Source: Selaginella moellendorffii (Eukaryota; Plantae; Lycopodiophyta). From it: 64,000 nt of DNA. The notes under the pieces are model-generated. The model searched no databases. It saw nothing but the letters and a program-made list of their open reading frames with translations, and had not been told where the DNA came from. Made by a program: the position numbers and the translations under genes. The DNA lies in assembly GCF_000143415.4 (NCBI RefSeq), contig NW_003314263.1, positions 4,012,500-4,076,499 on the forward strand. The letters run 5' to 3'. Shown in pieces: positions 49,521 to 63,789 of the stretch. Every line of letters begins with the position of its first letter. The first letter of the stretch is position 1.

Positions 49521-51991
49521 ATCCGGTGGCCAGCGAGCAAGTACATGGGGGAGTCAAGAAAAAAGAGAAAAACCCACTGATAAAAAGGTCAAGTCTGTTA
49601 GCAGCGTGGGAAACAACATATGCTACAACTGCGGTGAAGCAGGACACTTTTCAAGGGAATGTCCCTACCCAAAGAAGGCTAGAGCTAATATAGCCATTAA
49701 GTCGGGTGACATTCAAACTTAGGTATGTGATCCAGTCCCTAGCTCAAAGTTACTCATTAGACGAACAACTTTGGTAAAGAGTTGTTCACGATATTTACTA
49801 GCCCTCTAAGAGAAGTTCGGAGGTAGCTTTGTTAAAATCCTTATTGATACGGGTGCTTCGGATAATTTTGTGGCTGTAGACATAGTTCGGCAAGCTGGAT
49901 TAATGGTGCAGTGGCTAGGTGAACCAAAGACGATAGAGTTTGTTCAAGGTAGCCAAAGCACCGATGAGATACTTTGACAAGCGAAAGTCGAAGTAGGGAC
50001 ATGGAAAGTAGACATGGATTTCACCGTGTTGGACATGGTGGGATTTGACATAATCTTTGGGATGGATTGATTCAATCGGTTCATAATAGCTCTGCATGGA
50101 CAAGGTAGGAACCTTGTAGTACTGGCGAATGCCCAAGGAGAACGATCCAAGGTAGAGGCCCAGAATCTAAAGGTAGGGCAATATAAGGCTAAAGACTCCT
50201 GCTTAAACTTGGTGTCTACAAGAGGACAACTCACTAAAGGAACCAAGGCAGCATTTTTATGCATACTCTCGGTGAAGAGTGACAAAAAGACAGGAACGGA
50301 AGAAGTACATTTAGTGATCTAGCAGGTGTTGGACCAATTCCAGGATACCATGCCAAAGGAGCTACCAGCAGGGTTGCCCCCCGCACAACCGATAGAACAC
50401 AAGATTGAGCTAGTCGAGGGTGCTAAGGCAATGGTTTGTCCCCCCTATCGTTTGAATGAAAAGGAACTTAAAGAGCTCAAGCGCCAACTAAAAGAGTTGG
50501 TGAACAAAGGGTATGTTAAGTTGAGCAGGTCACCGTATGGGGCGCTGGTGTTATTTGTGAAAAAGAAAGATGGATTTATGTGCATATGCATAGACTACCG
50601 GCTGCTCAACAAGTATACAAAGAAGAACAAATACCCTTTGCCAAGGATTGAGGACTTGTTCGATAAGTTGGGAAAAGAAAAATACTTCTTGAGGATTGAC
50701 TTAAGGTCAGGATACTACCAGATCAGGGTAGCTAAAGAAGATGTCGAGAAGACAACCTGTTGAACAAGGCATGGGAGCTTTTGAGTTCCTGGTGATGCCC
50801 TTTAAGCTGTGCAATGCACCGGCAACGTTTTCAGCTCTGATAAACCACATCTTTGTACTCTATCTAGATCACTTCATAGTTGTTTATATTGATGAGATCC
50901 TGATCTATAGCGAGACGCTAGAGGAGCATGTTGAACACTTGACAAAGGTGTTTGAGAAACTAAGGGAATATAAATTGTATGCTAAAGAGAGCAAATGCAA
51001 CTTTGCTCAACAAGAGGTAAAGTTTCTTGGGCATGTGGTGGGCCAAAATGGGCTCAAGGTGTACCCTAAGAAGGTCCAAGCGATCTAGGAATAGGAGCGA
51101 CCAATGTACAGTTGAAGGCATTTTGGGGGCTATGCAACTACTACCGAAAGTTTATCAAATACTATTCAAGAGTAACCCTACCCTTAATGGACCAAACAGG
51201 TAAAGGGAAGATGGTATGGATAGTAGAATCCAAGGCGACATTTGTCCACCTCAAAGGGAAGTTGAGGAAAACACTTGTATTAGCATTATTAGACTTTGGT
51301 AAGGACTTTGAGGTAGAAACAGATGCTTTGGACTTTGTGTTGGGCGCAATTTTGAAACAAGACAACCATCCAGTGGTGTTCTTCTTGAAGAAGTTGGACA
51401 AGGCTCAGTGAAAGTGGCTTGCCCACAAGAAGGAATTATTTGCGGTGGTCAAGGTGCTCAAGGAGTGGCAACACTACCTTGGGAGGCACTTTAAAGTTTA
51501 CATGGACAATGTGGCAATGAAACACTTCTTGTCACAACCCGACCTAAGAGGGAAATAAGGTCGGTGGGCCAATGCTTTGGCTAAGTTTGATTGCGAGATT
51601 CTGTATAAACCTAGGAAGAGCAACATTGTGGCAAATGCTCTAAATCAAAAAGCAAGCTTGAAGTTGGCAATATTTAACACAACAGCAACCATTTGGGATG
51701 ATGTGCGGGTAGTGTATAAGAATGATGGTCTAGCACAAGAAGTGTTGCTGAGGAACCAAGAGGCGCGAGAAGCTCACTAGAGAGGTGAATTGCCAACAGA
51801 AGAGAAAATAGGTTATGCAAAATGCAATGGACTTATCTATTATAAACAAATGAGGGTGTATGTTCCATAAGGGGAACTAAAAAAGATAGCCTTAGAAGCA
51901 GGTTCGCAAGGCCTTACGAGATTGAGGCACGAATCGGTAAAGTGGCTTATTGTCTCCAACTTCCTCGAGAGATGGGGAAGATGCACCTAGT

Positions 51992-54900
51992 TATAAGCGA
52001 CTAATTTTTCCATTCTACTTTAGTCACTTAACCACACCTTCGACCGCTTGGAGGAATCTCATTCACAACCTCCTTAAGTCCAATTCAGGACTTGGGGCTT
52101 GCTAGCCCAAGAATGGCATCCATGCCACTCATCGCTTGCACTTAGTCCAAGTGCTCCACGTGTCCGGTCCCAAGACCAACACCCAAAGGCACCACTGACA
52201 TATCGGCCCGTTACACTAAGGCCATGCCCATTCACCTTTGCCGCACTAGTGGTCCAATACCACTTGCATCACAATCCCGTCTCTCCAAGACTGGGCCATC
52301 TGTCCACGAGTGGTCAACCCAGATCCACTCTTTAGCATCCTTAGGATGCCCACAGACATGGGGGATAGCCTTCCCCAATATCCCTTTGTCAGTTCCTATC
52401 AAATCCCTTTTCTGTCCATGGCCATGTTCGCCAACACTGCCACTCGATCAAGGCCCACAGGCCCGACCACTAAGTCCCACGGTCCTCTGGGACTTCCTCA
52501 CCACACGACTGTGTCCTTGGTCACTACCCCAGAGGACTGCTCCTCTTCCTTTCCACAGTCTGGGCCTTTGGGACAACATTTCGGAACACTGTGGCCTTAC
52601 GCGAACCACCTAGGTACTCTCCCCACCTTTTGCCTTTAGGTGCTCTAGCCATGGGCTTAGAGCAAGGTCCTGTTGAGCCACGCTTGGTATCCAAGTAGGT
52701 AGTGCCACCCACACTTGGACTGGGAGCATCGGCCAGTCGATCTCCCAGGGGAACTAGAGCCGGCTCTTGAACACTTCACCAAGCTACCCCGCTTGTCGGT
52801 CCGTATTCACTCTAGTCTTGGACTTCCCAGTGGTCAGTTCATCACCCAACACTGGGTCTGGCCTTCCTGGGCCAAATTGGCCTTTCCTGGCCAAACTGGC
52901 TCCACTGCAGTCCTCCCCCTTACTATACTTTTGGAGCTCACCAAACCCCCCAGGGTCTGGGAGACGAATGCTTTGGGCTTTCACCCTCTCAGACTCGGAC
53001 TCGGGCTCGGACTCGGACTCGGACTCGGACTCGGACTCGGACTCGGGCTCGGGCTCGGTCTCGCCTTGGCCTCGGTCTCGGTCTCGGCCCCGGTCTCGGT
53101 CGCGGTCTCGGTCCCGGTCTCGGTCTCGACCTCGGACTCCATCTCGGGTCCTTCTCGGACTCCATCTCGGACTCCATCTCGGACTCCGCCTCGGTCCATC
53201 TCGAACTCCATCTCGGACTCCATCTCGGACTCCATCTCGGACTCCATCTCGGACTCCGTCTCGGTCCACCTCGAACTCCATCTCAGACTCCATCTCGGAT
53301 CCATCTCGGACTCCATCTCGGACTCCACTTCGGGTCCATCTTGGACTCCGTCTCGGTCCACCTCGGACTCCACTTCGGGTCCATCTCGGACTCCATATCG
53401 GACTCCATCTCGGACTCCACTTCAGACTCCACTTCGGACTCCACTTCGGGTCCATCTCGGACTACAACTAGGGTCCGTCTCGGACTCCATCTCGGACACT
53501 TCCATGTGTCATGTGTTGGTCCTTTTTGGGTCCCTTTTTGGAGCCTTGCTTATTGCTCGCTTCGTGCTCGCTCCTTGAGAACTTTGTTGGGAGTTCCACT
53601 CCCGACCTTCCAAGTCAGAGCTTTTAGTCCAAATGTGTTACACTCGTTTGGGCTTTTGCTTCGGCCACTACCACGTGGCACCCTTTTCGGCTCCACTTTG
53701 GGGCCTAGGGATTTTGTGTCTCACAACTCCACCACCCATAAACGAAGTTCGATGTCCTCATCGAATGGTAAACCATTTTATAAAGTAACACCCGCATGTG
53801 TTACCATTTCCATCCTTGGCACCTAGCCAATATTTGTCAATGGTTTGACATTAAAGGCTCACCATGCCTTCTCCATATTCGTTAATGGTTTGACACCAAA
53901 GGCTCACCATGCTTTGCCCATCCTCTAAGGAGGATAGTCTCTCTAACTTAGAGACTCACTTGACCACCTGGGGTGGGTTGCTCCTTTTTATTGGTTCAGT
54001 TCTTGCTAAACCCGTTAGAGACACCCTCTCTAACTCAATTCCACTACTCATTCTTGAGTAGTCACAGATTCCATTGATCTACCTTTGCACTTTGGAACGT
54101 TTACCTTTGACTTCTTGAAGTCAATTTCCTAGGTGTCTCCGACACTTTGCCTTGCACATTTTGTGCAACTCCACTTCCCCTCCTAGGAAGTTCTCTACTC
54201 GAGGGCACCCTCATCCTCTTTTCTATTTTTGTGCCACTATTGGCATTACGTTCCATTTATCATTATTTGTGCTAGGGCTGTCCACGGCCCTATCTTTTGG
54301 CTCCTTAGTTGCTCCCTCACTTGGAGCCTTTCCCTTGCCAAATTGGAGCACTTGGGAATCCATCTTTGGAAGTCCACTTCTTTTTCCGCAATCCGTTAGC
54401 ATCAAACACATTAGTGTTCCTTGGTTAATTTTGCCACTTGGATTCTTTCCAATGGATTCCATGGCCCTATCTTGGGCACTCGTCTTTTGCTCCTATCTTT
54501 GGATTGTTGCACCAAGTAACATAGGATCCTTACCTCCCTCTTAGAGGTATTCTTTTGGTTCCATAGCAAAGGATTTGCTTTGCCTAGACTAGGGTGTTCA
54601 CCCCTAGTAAGTCTCTTCAACTATTTTAGGCTCTCTTCCTAGCCCAACCTTGTGACCCACCTATGGGCCTGTCTCTGGAGACTATTTTCTTGAACTCATA
54701 ATACCATTGTATTGTAATAGTTCATTTCCCTTAGGTGTTCTTCCCACTTAGTCACCTTGACCAAGCCACACCTTTATCAATAGTTCAAATCAACACTTTG
54801 AACTATGAATCATATTCCTTAACCCAAACAAAGACCTTGTCCTTGTTTAGCCATAAGATCACCTAGTGATCTCATCTTGACCCCTTAATAGGTCTACCAA

Positions 54901-57900
54901 TAGGAATTAAGTCTTCCAGACCTTACTAAGTTGTTGAATATGACCCCGGGGGCATCCCCCACACTTGGCGGTGCACCCAAGCTAGCCCTTCCAGCCAAGG
55001 ATCCATAGCAACTGAGACTGGGTATCCCCATCTCATTCACCACGTCCTTGGTGCCTTTTGCACCAAAGTGTTCAAGTTAGATATGCCGAGCTTTCACTCT
55101 GAGCAATCTAACGGTGCATCACGACTCCGGGGCATCCCCCACTTGGCAGTGTGCCCAAGCCAATCTCCTCATTGAGAGTCCATGACCACCGAAATATGAG
55201 TGTCCTCATATTCCAAACCATCACCACGCCTTAGCGATTTGGGACTCGAACCCAAGCACTAGAGGGTCGGGACTCGAACCCAACCTCCGTATATACATCT
55301 ACGGACGGCATCACCTAGGATGCCTGGCGTGACTCCCCACGCCGGTGCACCAACTTATACTCAAAGCGCGCTATAGATCACAGCTTAGGAACCTAGTTCC
55401 TCCACACTGCCAAGTCTTCTCACTTGACAAGTCTGTGATCATACATGGACTCTTCCATGCTTGGCCCCATGGCCCACCCCTTTTGAAGTTATCACCTTCA
55501 ACTAAAGTATTTGTTCCCCTGACTTGCCAATCTCACTTGGCAAGTCTTCCGACCTCTGTAGCATGGTTCTTGCACAAGCGTGAAAGCCCTTGATCGACTT
55601 TCGTTCAAAGCCCTCTCTTTGAACACTCGGGAACTACTTCCCTAACCTTGATAGCCTTGCCTCATGGCAAGCTTCAAGACCACGCTTCTGCTGCACCACT
55701 CTGATTTCGCACATTCCTTGAACCATTTACGCTTGGCCTTTCTAGGTACTAAGCTACCTAGAATCATCTTTGAGAACCTTGAAGGAACTCTATCCCTTAG
55801 CTTGCTAAGGCCTCCCTTTTTGCAAGCTTTCCAATTACCATATAGTCTAACATAGACAATTCCATATTTTAGACTCTCCATGGCATCACGGTTGCTAGTG
55901 AAAACACCCTCGAGCCCCCACTTGATCCTCCACTCCCAGCTGGCATAACCAACCTTGGTTATGCCCTTCGATTCCTATGGTTCAGTTCTACCCCCTTACT
56001 TCTTGCTTTTTGCTTCACACCTTTCCTTCGGTCATTCTCTTCCAGACCAAGAGGATAGCTTTGCACTTTCTATCATACCTTAGCAAGTATTCTTAGGGAT
56101 GAACCTACCCGATAGCCTAGGGAGTGGTTCCTCAATCCAGGTATGCTCATCCTATAATCCCACACACCGAGATTACGTTGTTGCTTATGGGCCTTTACAT
56201 GCCCATTGCTAGCCTTGCCAAAATTCCATTTTTGGATTTGTCCAATTCGAGTAGACAGTCTTCTTCTGTCTCCGCCATCTTGGACATTTGGATAGCACCT
56301 TCTATCCATCATTTGCTAAAGGCTTAGTCCCTTGGGCCTCATCTATTGCCCTTGCGACATCAAACACCACCTCCTGGTGTTCTAGAGTGTTCGGGTGTCC
56401 CAATGACGGCTTCCTTGACAATGAGTATTTCCTTTTATGACATTGACTTACTATATCGCAACATAAACAACTTATCCCCCGTAAGGGTATATCCAACTTC
56501 CCTATGCCATTAAGAAGGCTTGGGTAGCTACCTTCTACCTGTTTAACCAATTATTTTGCACCTCTTGCTTAATTGCCTCATAGTTGTCAAGTCCTACAAC
56601 TCATTGCTGGTGCTTCCACACCTCCATCATTATCTGGGTCACCACACTCCAACTGCATGCTCTGCAGCTTAGGCTATGCCATTCCCATTTCCATTGGGAT
56701 TCCTTTGGCAAGGGGTTCTCATGAATGTGAGACACAAAATCCCTAGGCCCCAAAGTGGAGCCGGAAGGGTGCCACATGGTAGTGGCCGAAGCGAGAGCCA
56801 AACGAGCGTAACACGTTTGGACCAAAAGCTCCGACTTGAAAAGTCAAGAGCGGGAGTGGAACTCCCAACGAAGTGCTCGAGGAACGAGCACAAAGCGAGC
56901 AAAAGGTGAGGCTCCAAAAAGGGACCCAAAAGGACCAACACATGACACGTGGGAGTGTCCGAGATGGACTCTAGTTGGAGTCCGAAATGGAGTCCGAGAT
57001 GGACCCGAGATGGAGTCCGAGTTGGAGTCCGAAGTGGAGTCCGAGATGGACCCGAGATGGAGTCCGAGATGGAGTCTGAGATGGAGTCCGAGGTGGACCC
57101 GAGATGGACCCGAGTTGGAGTCCGAAGTGGAGTCCGAGATGGACCTGAGATGGAGTCCGAGATGGAGTCCGAGATGGAGTCCGAGGTGGACCCGAGATGG
57201 ACCCGAGTTGGAGTCCGAAGTGGAGTCCGAGATGGACCCGAGATGGAGTCCGAGATGGAGTCCGAGATGGAGTCCGAGATGGAGTCCGAAGTCGAGACCG
57301 AGACCGGGACCGAGACCGGGACCGAGACCGAGACTAAGACCGAGATTGGGACCGAGACCGAGACCGAGGCCGAGGCCGAGACCGAGCCCGAGCCCGAGTC
57401 CAAGTCCGAGTTCGAGTCCGAGTCCGGAGCCTGAGAGGGTGAAAGCCCAAAGCGTTCGTCTCCCAGTCCCTGGGGGGTTTGGTGAGCTCCAAAAGTATAG
57501 TAGGGGGAGGACTGCAATGGAGCCAGTTTGGCCAGGAAAGGCCAGTTTGGCCCAGGAAGGCCGGACCCAGTGTTGGGTGATGAGATGCCCACTGGGAAGT
57601 CCAAGACTAGAGTGAACACGGACCGACAAGCGGGGTAGCTTGGTGAAGTGTTCAAGAGCCGGCTCTAGTTCCCCCGGGAGATTGACTGGCCGATGCTCCC
57701 AGTCCAAGTGTGGGTGGCACTACCTACTTGGATACCTGGTGTGGCTCAATGGAACCCGCTCTAAGCCCATGGCTAGAGCACCCAAGGGCAGAAGGCGAGG
57801 AGAGTACCCAGGTGGGTCGCGTAAGGCCACTGTGTTCCGAAATGTTGTCCCAAAGGCCCAGACTGTGGAAAGGAAGAGGAGCAGTCCTCTGGGGTAGTGA

Positions 57901-60900
57901 CCAAGGACTCAGTCATGTGGTGAGGAAGTCCCAGAGGACCGTAGGACTTAGTGGTCGGGCCTGTGGGTCTTGATCCAGTGGCAGTGTTGGCAAACACGGC
58001 CAGGGGCAGAAAGTGACTTAGTGGGGACTGACAGAGGGATATTGGGGAAGGCTATTCCCCTTGTCGGTGGGCATCCTAAGGATGCTAAGGAGTGGATCTG
58101 AGATGACCACTCACGGATGGTTTGCCTAGTCTTGGAGGGCCAAGACGGAGATGCAAGTGGTGTTGGACCACCAGTGTGACCAAGGTAAATGGGCATGGCC
58201 TTAGCGTAACGGGCCGGTACGTCGGTGATACCTTGGGGTGTCGATCATGGGATCGGACACGTGGAGCACTTGGACCAAGTGCTATGGTTGAGTGGCATGG
58301 ATGCCATTCTCGGGGCTAGCAAGCCCCAAGTCCTGAGTTGGACTTATGGAGGTTGTCAATGAGACTCCTCCAAGTGGTCAGACGTGTGGTTAAGTGACTA
58401 AAGTAAAATGGAAAATTTAGTCGCTTACAATGAACCCATCAACATAGCCTCAAGGTATCACACCTTGGCACATTTGGTGTCTCTACACCATCGGCTCCAC
58501 AAGCCTACCTCTATGACACTTCTTCTTTGTGTCTAAGTCTTTGCCAAGACCAATACCACTCTTTCTCGTGCCAACCATCTGTTAGCACTGCACCATAGAA
58601 GTCACACACAACTTTGTTTCAAAGTTGTTTTCTTTTGGGAACACCCTTCCCACGACTTTAGCATGGCACATTTTGCCATCGATGAGATACCCTCTGTTCT
58701 CATCTTTGGATCCTATGATCCCCCCCATCCTTCGTGGGGTACCACACACTTCAGTCCAAATGCTTCCATCAGTCCTTTAGGACCATTCCTTGACTCTACT
58801 TGAGTCATCTAGCAGTTTTGGACTTGATTAATCCACAGACCTATAAGGTCCTGCTTGTCGGGCACTAGCTCACTAGAATACACTTCTTGCATTCATGTCC
58901 TCACTCACAAGGACTATTTTCACAAGTGTTACTCTGACACTTGATTTTGTTCTCTGGGGCAACCTTTGCCCCTTAGGACTACTTGTCCATGTGATGAGAA
59001 TACCAATTCATCTCTAAGTACACCCCCTAACTCCTTGGGTTGTTCCAGCATTTATTAAAGGTAGCCCTGGCTACCATTTCAAGGACTAGAGTCCTCTTCC
59101 GTATTTGACCTCCCACGGTCATTACTTCTGGTCTCACATTCATGAGCACCAACCTCAACTATATGAAGATAATCTTGTGACTCCTTTATTGCTTTGGAGT
59201 CTTTATCTTTCCCGTGATCCCAACTATAGTTGTTTACCACAACTACCTTAGCCAGTTTGCTAAGTCAAACGCTCATCTAGATCACATCCTCAACTCTCTG
59301 AGGAAAACCATATACTATTCCCAAGATCCCAAAGTCGTTCCCTTACTGGCCCCTTTTCTATCCACCACCTCGTGCCCAAGTTCATGCATGAACTTGAGTG
59401 GAGAGCCATGTCCTCTCAACGTGCTACTCCTCAAGGATAGGCCCACTCCTAGGACCTTCCGATGCCAATATCAATGGTGATATACTTGAGCACCAATAAA
59501 AGTCAGACTAAGGAACAGCTCCGATACCAAGTTGTAGGCGACTAATTTTTCCATTCTACTTTAGTCACTTAACCACACCTTCGACCGCTTGGAGGAGTCT
59601 CATTCACAACCTCCTTAAGTCCAATTCAGGACTTGGGGCTTGCTAGCCCAAGAATGGCATCCATGCCACTCATCGCTTGCACTTAGTCCAAGTGCTCCAT
59701 GTGTCCGGTCCCAAGACCGACACCCAAAGGCACCACTGACATATCGGCCCGTTACGCTAAGGCCATGCCCATTCACCTTTGCCGCACTAGTGGTCCAATA
59801 CCACTTGCATCACAATCCCATCTCTCCAAGACTGGGCCATCTGTCCACGAGTGGTCAACCCAGATCCACTCTTTAGCATCCTTAGGATGCCCACAGACAT
59901 GGGGGATAGCCTTCCCCAATATCCCTTTGTTAGTTCCTATCAAGTCCCTTTTCTGTCCATGGCCATGTTCGCCAACACTGCCACTCGATCAAGGCCCACA
60001 GGCCTGACCACTAAGTCCCACAGTCCTCTGGGACTTCCTCACCACACGACTGTGTCCTTGGCTACTACCCCAGAGGACTTCTCCTCTTCCTTTCCACAGT
60101 CTGGGCCTTTGGGACAACATTTCGGAACACCGTGGCCTTAAGCGAACCACCTGAGTACTCTCCCCACCTTTCGCCTTTAGGTGCTCTAGCCATGGGCTTA
60201 GAGCGAGGTCCCGTTGAGCCACGCCTAGCATCCAAGTAGGTAGTGCCACCCACACTTGGACTGGGAGCATTGGCCAGTCAATCTTCTGGGGGAACTAGAG
60301 CCGGCTCTTGAACACTTCACCAAGCTACCCCGCTTGTCGGTCCGTATTCACTCTAGTCTTGGACTTCCCAGTGGTCAGTTCATCACCCAACACTGGGTCT
60401 GGCTTTCTTGGGCCAAACTGGCCTTTCCTGGCCAAACTGGCTCCACTGCAATCCTCCCCCTTACTATACTTTTGGAGCTCACCAAACCCCCCAGGGTCTG
60501 GGAGACGAACGCTTTGGGCTTTCACCCTCTCAGACTCGGACTCGGGCTCGGACTCGGACTCGGACTCGGACTCGGACTCGGACTCGGACTCGGACTAGGT
60601 CTCGCCTTGGCCTCGGTCTTGGTCTCGGCCCCGGTCTCAGTCGCAGTCTCGGTCCCGGTCTCAGTCTCGACCTCGGACTCCATCTCGGGTCCTTCTCGGA
60701 CTCCATCTCGGACTCCGTCTCGGTCCATCTCGGACTCCATCTCGGGTCCATATCGGACTCCGTCTCGGTCCACCTCGGACTCCATCTCGGACTCCATCTC
60801 AGGTCCATCTCGGACTCCGTCTCGGTCCACCTCGGACTCCATCTCGGACTCCACCTCGGGTCCATCTCGGACTCCGTCTCGGTCCACCTCGGACTCCACT

Positions 60901-61257
60901 TTGGGTCCATCTTGGACTCCATATCGGACTCCATCTCGGACTCCACTTCGGACTCCACTTCGGACTTCACTTCGGGTCCATCTCGGACTCCAACTAGGGT
61001 CCGTCTCGGACTCCATCTCGGACACTTCCACATGTCATGTGTTGGTCCTTTTTGGGTCCCTTTTTGGAGCCTTGCTTATTGCTCGCTTCATGCTCGCTCC
61101 TTGAGCACTTTGTTGGGAGTTCCACTCCCGCTCTCGACCTTCCAAGTCAGAGCTTTTAGTCCAAACGTGTTACACTCGTTTGGGCTTTTGCTTCGGCCAC
61201 TACCACATGGCAACCTTTCCGGCTCCACTTTGGGGCCTAGGGATTTTGTGTCTCACA
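51992..61257 (-). mobile_element. LARD-like LTR element, copy B (3' LTR 51992-53725, 5' LTR 59533-61257), TSD CTAGT
   Basis: Same LTR, PBS, PPT and interior as copy A but diverged. TSD at 51987-51991 and 61258-61262. Confidence 0.92.
56726..58429 (+). mobile_element. Solo LTR of the same family inserted antisense inside copy B, TSD ATGAA
   Basis: tgtgagac...cgcttaca flanked by atgaa at 56721-56725 and 58430-58434. The interior of copy A is continuous at this site. Confidence 0.92.
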
Positions 61258-61324
61258 CTAGTATTCCACGTGAACTTACTCAAGCCGTACTTTGAGGATC
61301 TGCTTTGCAAGCACCAAGTAAAAC

Positions 61325-61520
61325 CTTTACTTGTGGTTATCCAAGGGGAAAAGGAATACGAAGTCGAGGCCATCCTCAATGCAAGCAAGAGCAAGCAACA
61401 AGGATGCAAGGTGAGAGAGTTCCATGTGAAGTGGAAAGGATTTCCACACTGCAAAGCAATATGGGAACCGGAGGAGAACCTAGCCAATGCACGAGATTTA
61501 GTGGAGGAATTTTGCAAGGC
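61325..61520 (+). pseudogene. Integrase-associated chromodomain of the chromovirus
   Basis: GEKEYEVEAILNASK...EFHVKWKGFPHCKAIWEPEENLANARDLVEEF. Confidence 0.85.
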
Positions 61521-62849
61521 AGAACTCTATGTACTTAAGCAAAATTCAATTAAAGTATCAAATTGTGAAGTTAAGCAATGGCATATATTGGGACCTGAAA
61601 GCACACCGAAGGTAAGCTAATTAGCATGGGTTAGATAAGTCGACTAGGTGTAGGGAACTATGCCCGACTCCCTGCGGGGATGTCAAATCCGTAAACGTAT
61701 TCTACAAAGGTTGGGTTCGAGCCCCAACCCCCTAGTAAAGCAAGGCTGGGTTCAAGTCCCGACCCCATACTAGGGCGTGGTGAGGTGAGGGGTATAAGAA
61801 CACCTATATTCCGTTGTCATGGGCTCTTGGTTGGGGAAGCTAACTTAAGCACACCATTAAGTGGGGGGATGCCCTTGGAGACATGGGCAACAAGTCATAG
61901 GATTAAAAAGAGATGTTTGATGTGGGCATCGAACTTCTTCTATGGGTGGTGGAGTTGTAAGGAACCAACTCCCCGAGGTGTCGTAGGCTAAAGGATCCCT
62001 GAAAGCATGACCAAAATGATAAAGAGTTCATCGGATGGGATCGAGTCTAAGATCGAGTCCAAGACCAACTCTGAGACCGAGTTCGAGATAGAGTCTGGGA
62101 TCGAGTCCGAGGTCGACTTTGAGGCCGAGTTCGAGACCGAGTTCGAGACTGAGTGTGAGACAGAGTCCGAGATCTGAGATCGGGTCTAAGACCAAGTCCG
62201 AGGTCGAGTCCGAAGTCAAGTCTGAGATCGGGTCTGAGGTCGAGTTTGAGACCAAGTCCGAAGTCGGGTCCAAGATCATGTCCGAGATCGAGTCCGAGAC
62301 CGAATCCAAGTACTAATACAGGTCAAGGGGTGAAAGCCCAAAGCATGTGTCTCCCAAGGGGGGGAGGGGGGGCCTGCAGGGGGTTCCAAAAGTATAGTAG
62401 GGATAGTGAAGTGTAGGAACTAGTCTTGAAGAAACTCTCTAGTGGTACTTCCAAATTGACTTGAGGTTGAGATTGAGACCAAGGGGCCTTGGGTGTGAGT
62501 GAGCATGGACTTGAGGGGTGTTGGAGGGGCCACCCAAGGAAGTGCTCAAGAGCAGCTCCCACTCTCGGAAGGGAAACCAATTGTAATGCTCCCAACTCAT
62601 GTGGAGTGGTGCCCCACTTGAGTACCTTGTGGCTCATTGGTCCCCACCCTTCCTAGGGGCTTGAGCCTTCCCTTCGAGATGGAAGTGGAGGGGTAAAGGT
62701 ACCCATACCGGGCCGCTAGGCCACAGTGTTTCGCCCTAGCGTCCCGAAGCAAGTGTTGCACCGAAGGCTTGGGATTTAGAGGGTCCCATAATCAAGTCTT
62801 GTTGTACCAAGGGATGTTAGGAACCTTGAGGCTTGGTGTGCTTTAGGCC

Positions 62850-62990
62850 TTGGATATGTCGGGCCCCGGATATGTCGGGCACCTGACATATCTGACCCCA
62901 GATATATCGGGCCTCAGATATGTCCGGCCCCGGATATGTTGAGCACCCAATATGTCAGGCCCTAAACATGTCTGGCCTTGGATATGTTGG
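62850..62990. repeat. ~16-17 bp tandem repeat (ggatatgtcgggcccc-like) in the chromovirus LTR
   Basis: About eight degenerate units. Confidence 0.75.
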
Positions 62991-63789
62991 CTGCTTGTGC
63001 CTATGGGGATTGTAGCCGAACCTTTAAGTCCAGTCTAACCCGGGGACAGGGATTGGGAGAGATTTGGGAATCCATGTATGGATGGATAACGCTTTGTTGC
63101 TCGTGCAATGAGTAGCTGAAACCAAATAGGACTAAGTAAGAGTTGGTACAATAGGCGAGAACCTTGGTGAGGGAACTTAGCTAAAAGTTAAGGTAATGTT
63201 GGTCGGATAGATGAGATAAACTAGCAAATTGAAAAGGAAATATTTGTGGCTTATACGTTATTAAACATGTAAAATTAAAGTTACTATAATCACAAATAAG
63301 ATATCCAAATACTTGTTGCAAGTAAGCTAGATAACAAGAACTAACTTTGGCAAATTATAGCATAGCGAGTTCACCATAAGCACACGACTATAATGATTTT
63401 GTTGGAAATTGTTAAAAGTTGTTGTAATGTTATTGTATCCTTCCTCTTCTGCCCCTACTTTAACAAGAAACTTTTTATCACATTTGTGATTTGCTTTTGG
63501 ACCACAAAATCCAACAAACATATTTGTTTTTGCATCCAAATGTACTACTGTCTTGATGTGTGTCGCGAATGTGACTTTGGGTATTGAAAGTTACCTATCG
63601 GCCAGTCCTTTTGGATATTCTTTCCTTACTACCACAGGAGGTCGGTATTGCTGGCAAGAGGTTGGTATTGCTGGACCCGTTATCAGTTTCCCACTTGAGC
63701 TAGTTGAGAACTGGTCAATGACCGTGTACTTAGATCAGATAAACATAAGGTCGGAACCCTATGTGTTTCTTGCTGAGCATACTCGGCTT

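Larger units (their letters stand above)
49521..63150 (+). mobile_element. Decayed chromovirus (Ty3/Gypsy): gag knuckle, PR, RT, RH, deleted INT core, chromodomain, PPT and 3' LTR (~61956-63150); interrupted at 51992-61257
   Basis: CYNCGEAGHFSRECP (49621); LIDTGASDNF; [33 protein letters not shown]; FEVETDA; MHL|VFHVNLLKPY split by the insertion; EYEVEAIL..VKWKGFP...WEPEENL; PPT gggtggtggagt. The LTR right end is approximate. Confidence 0.88.
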
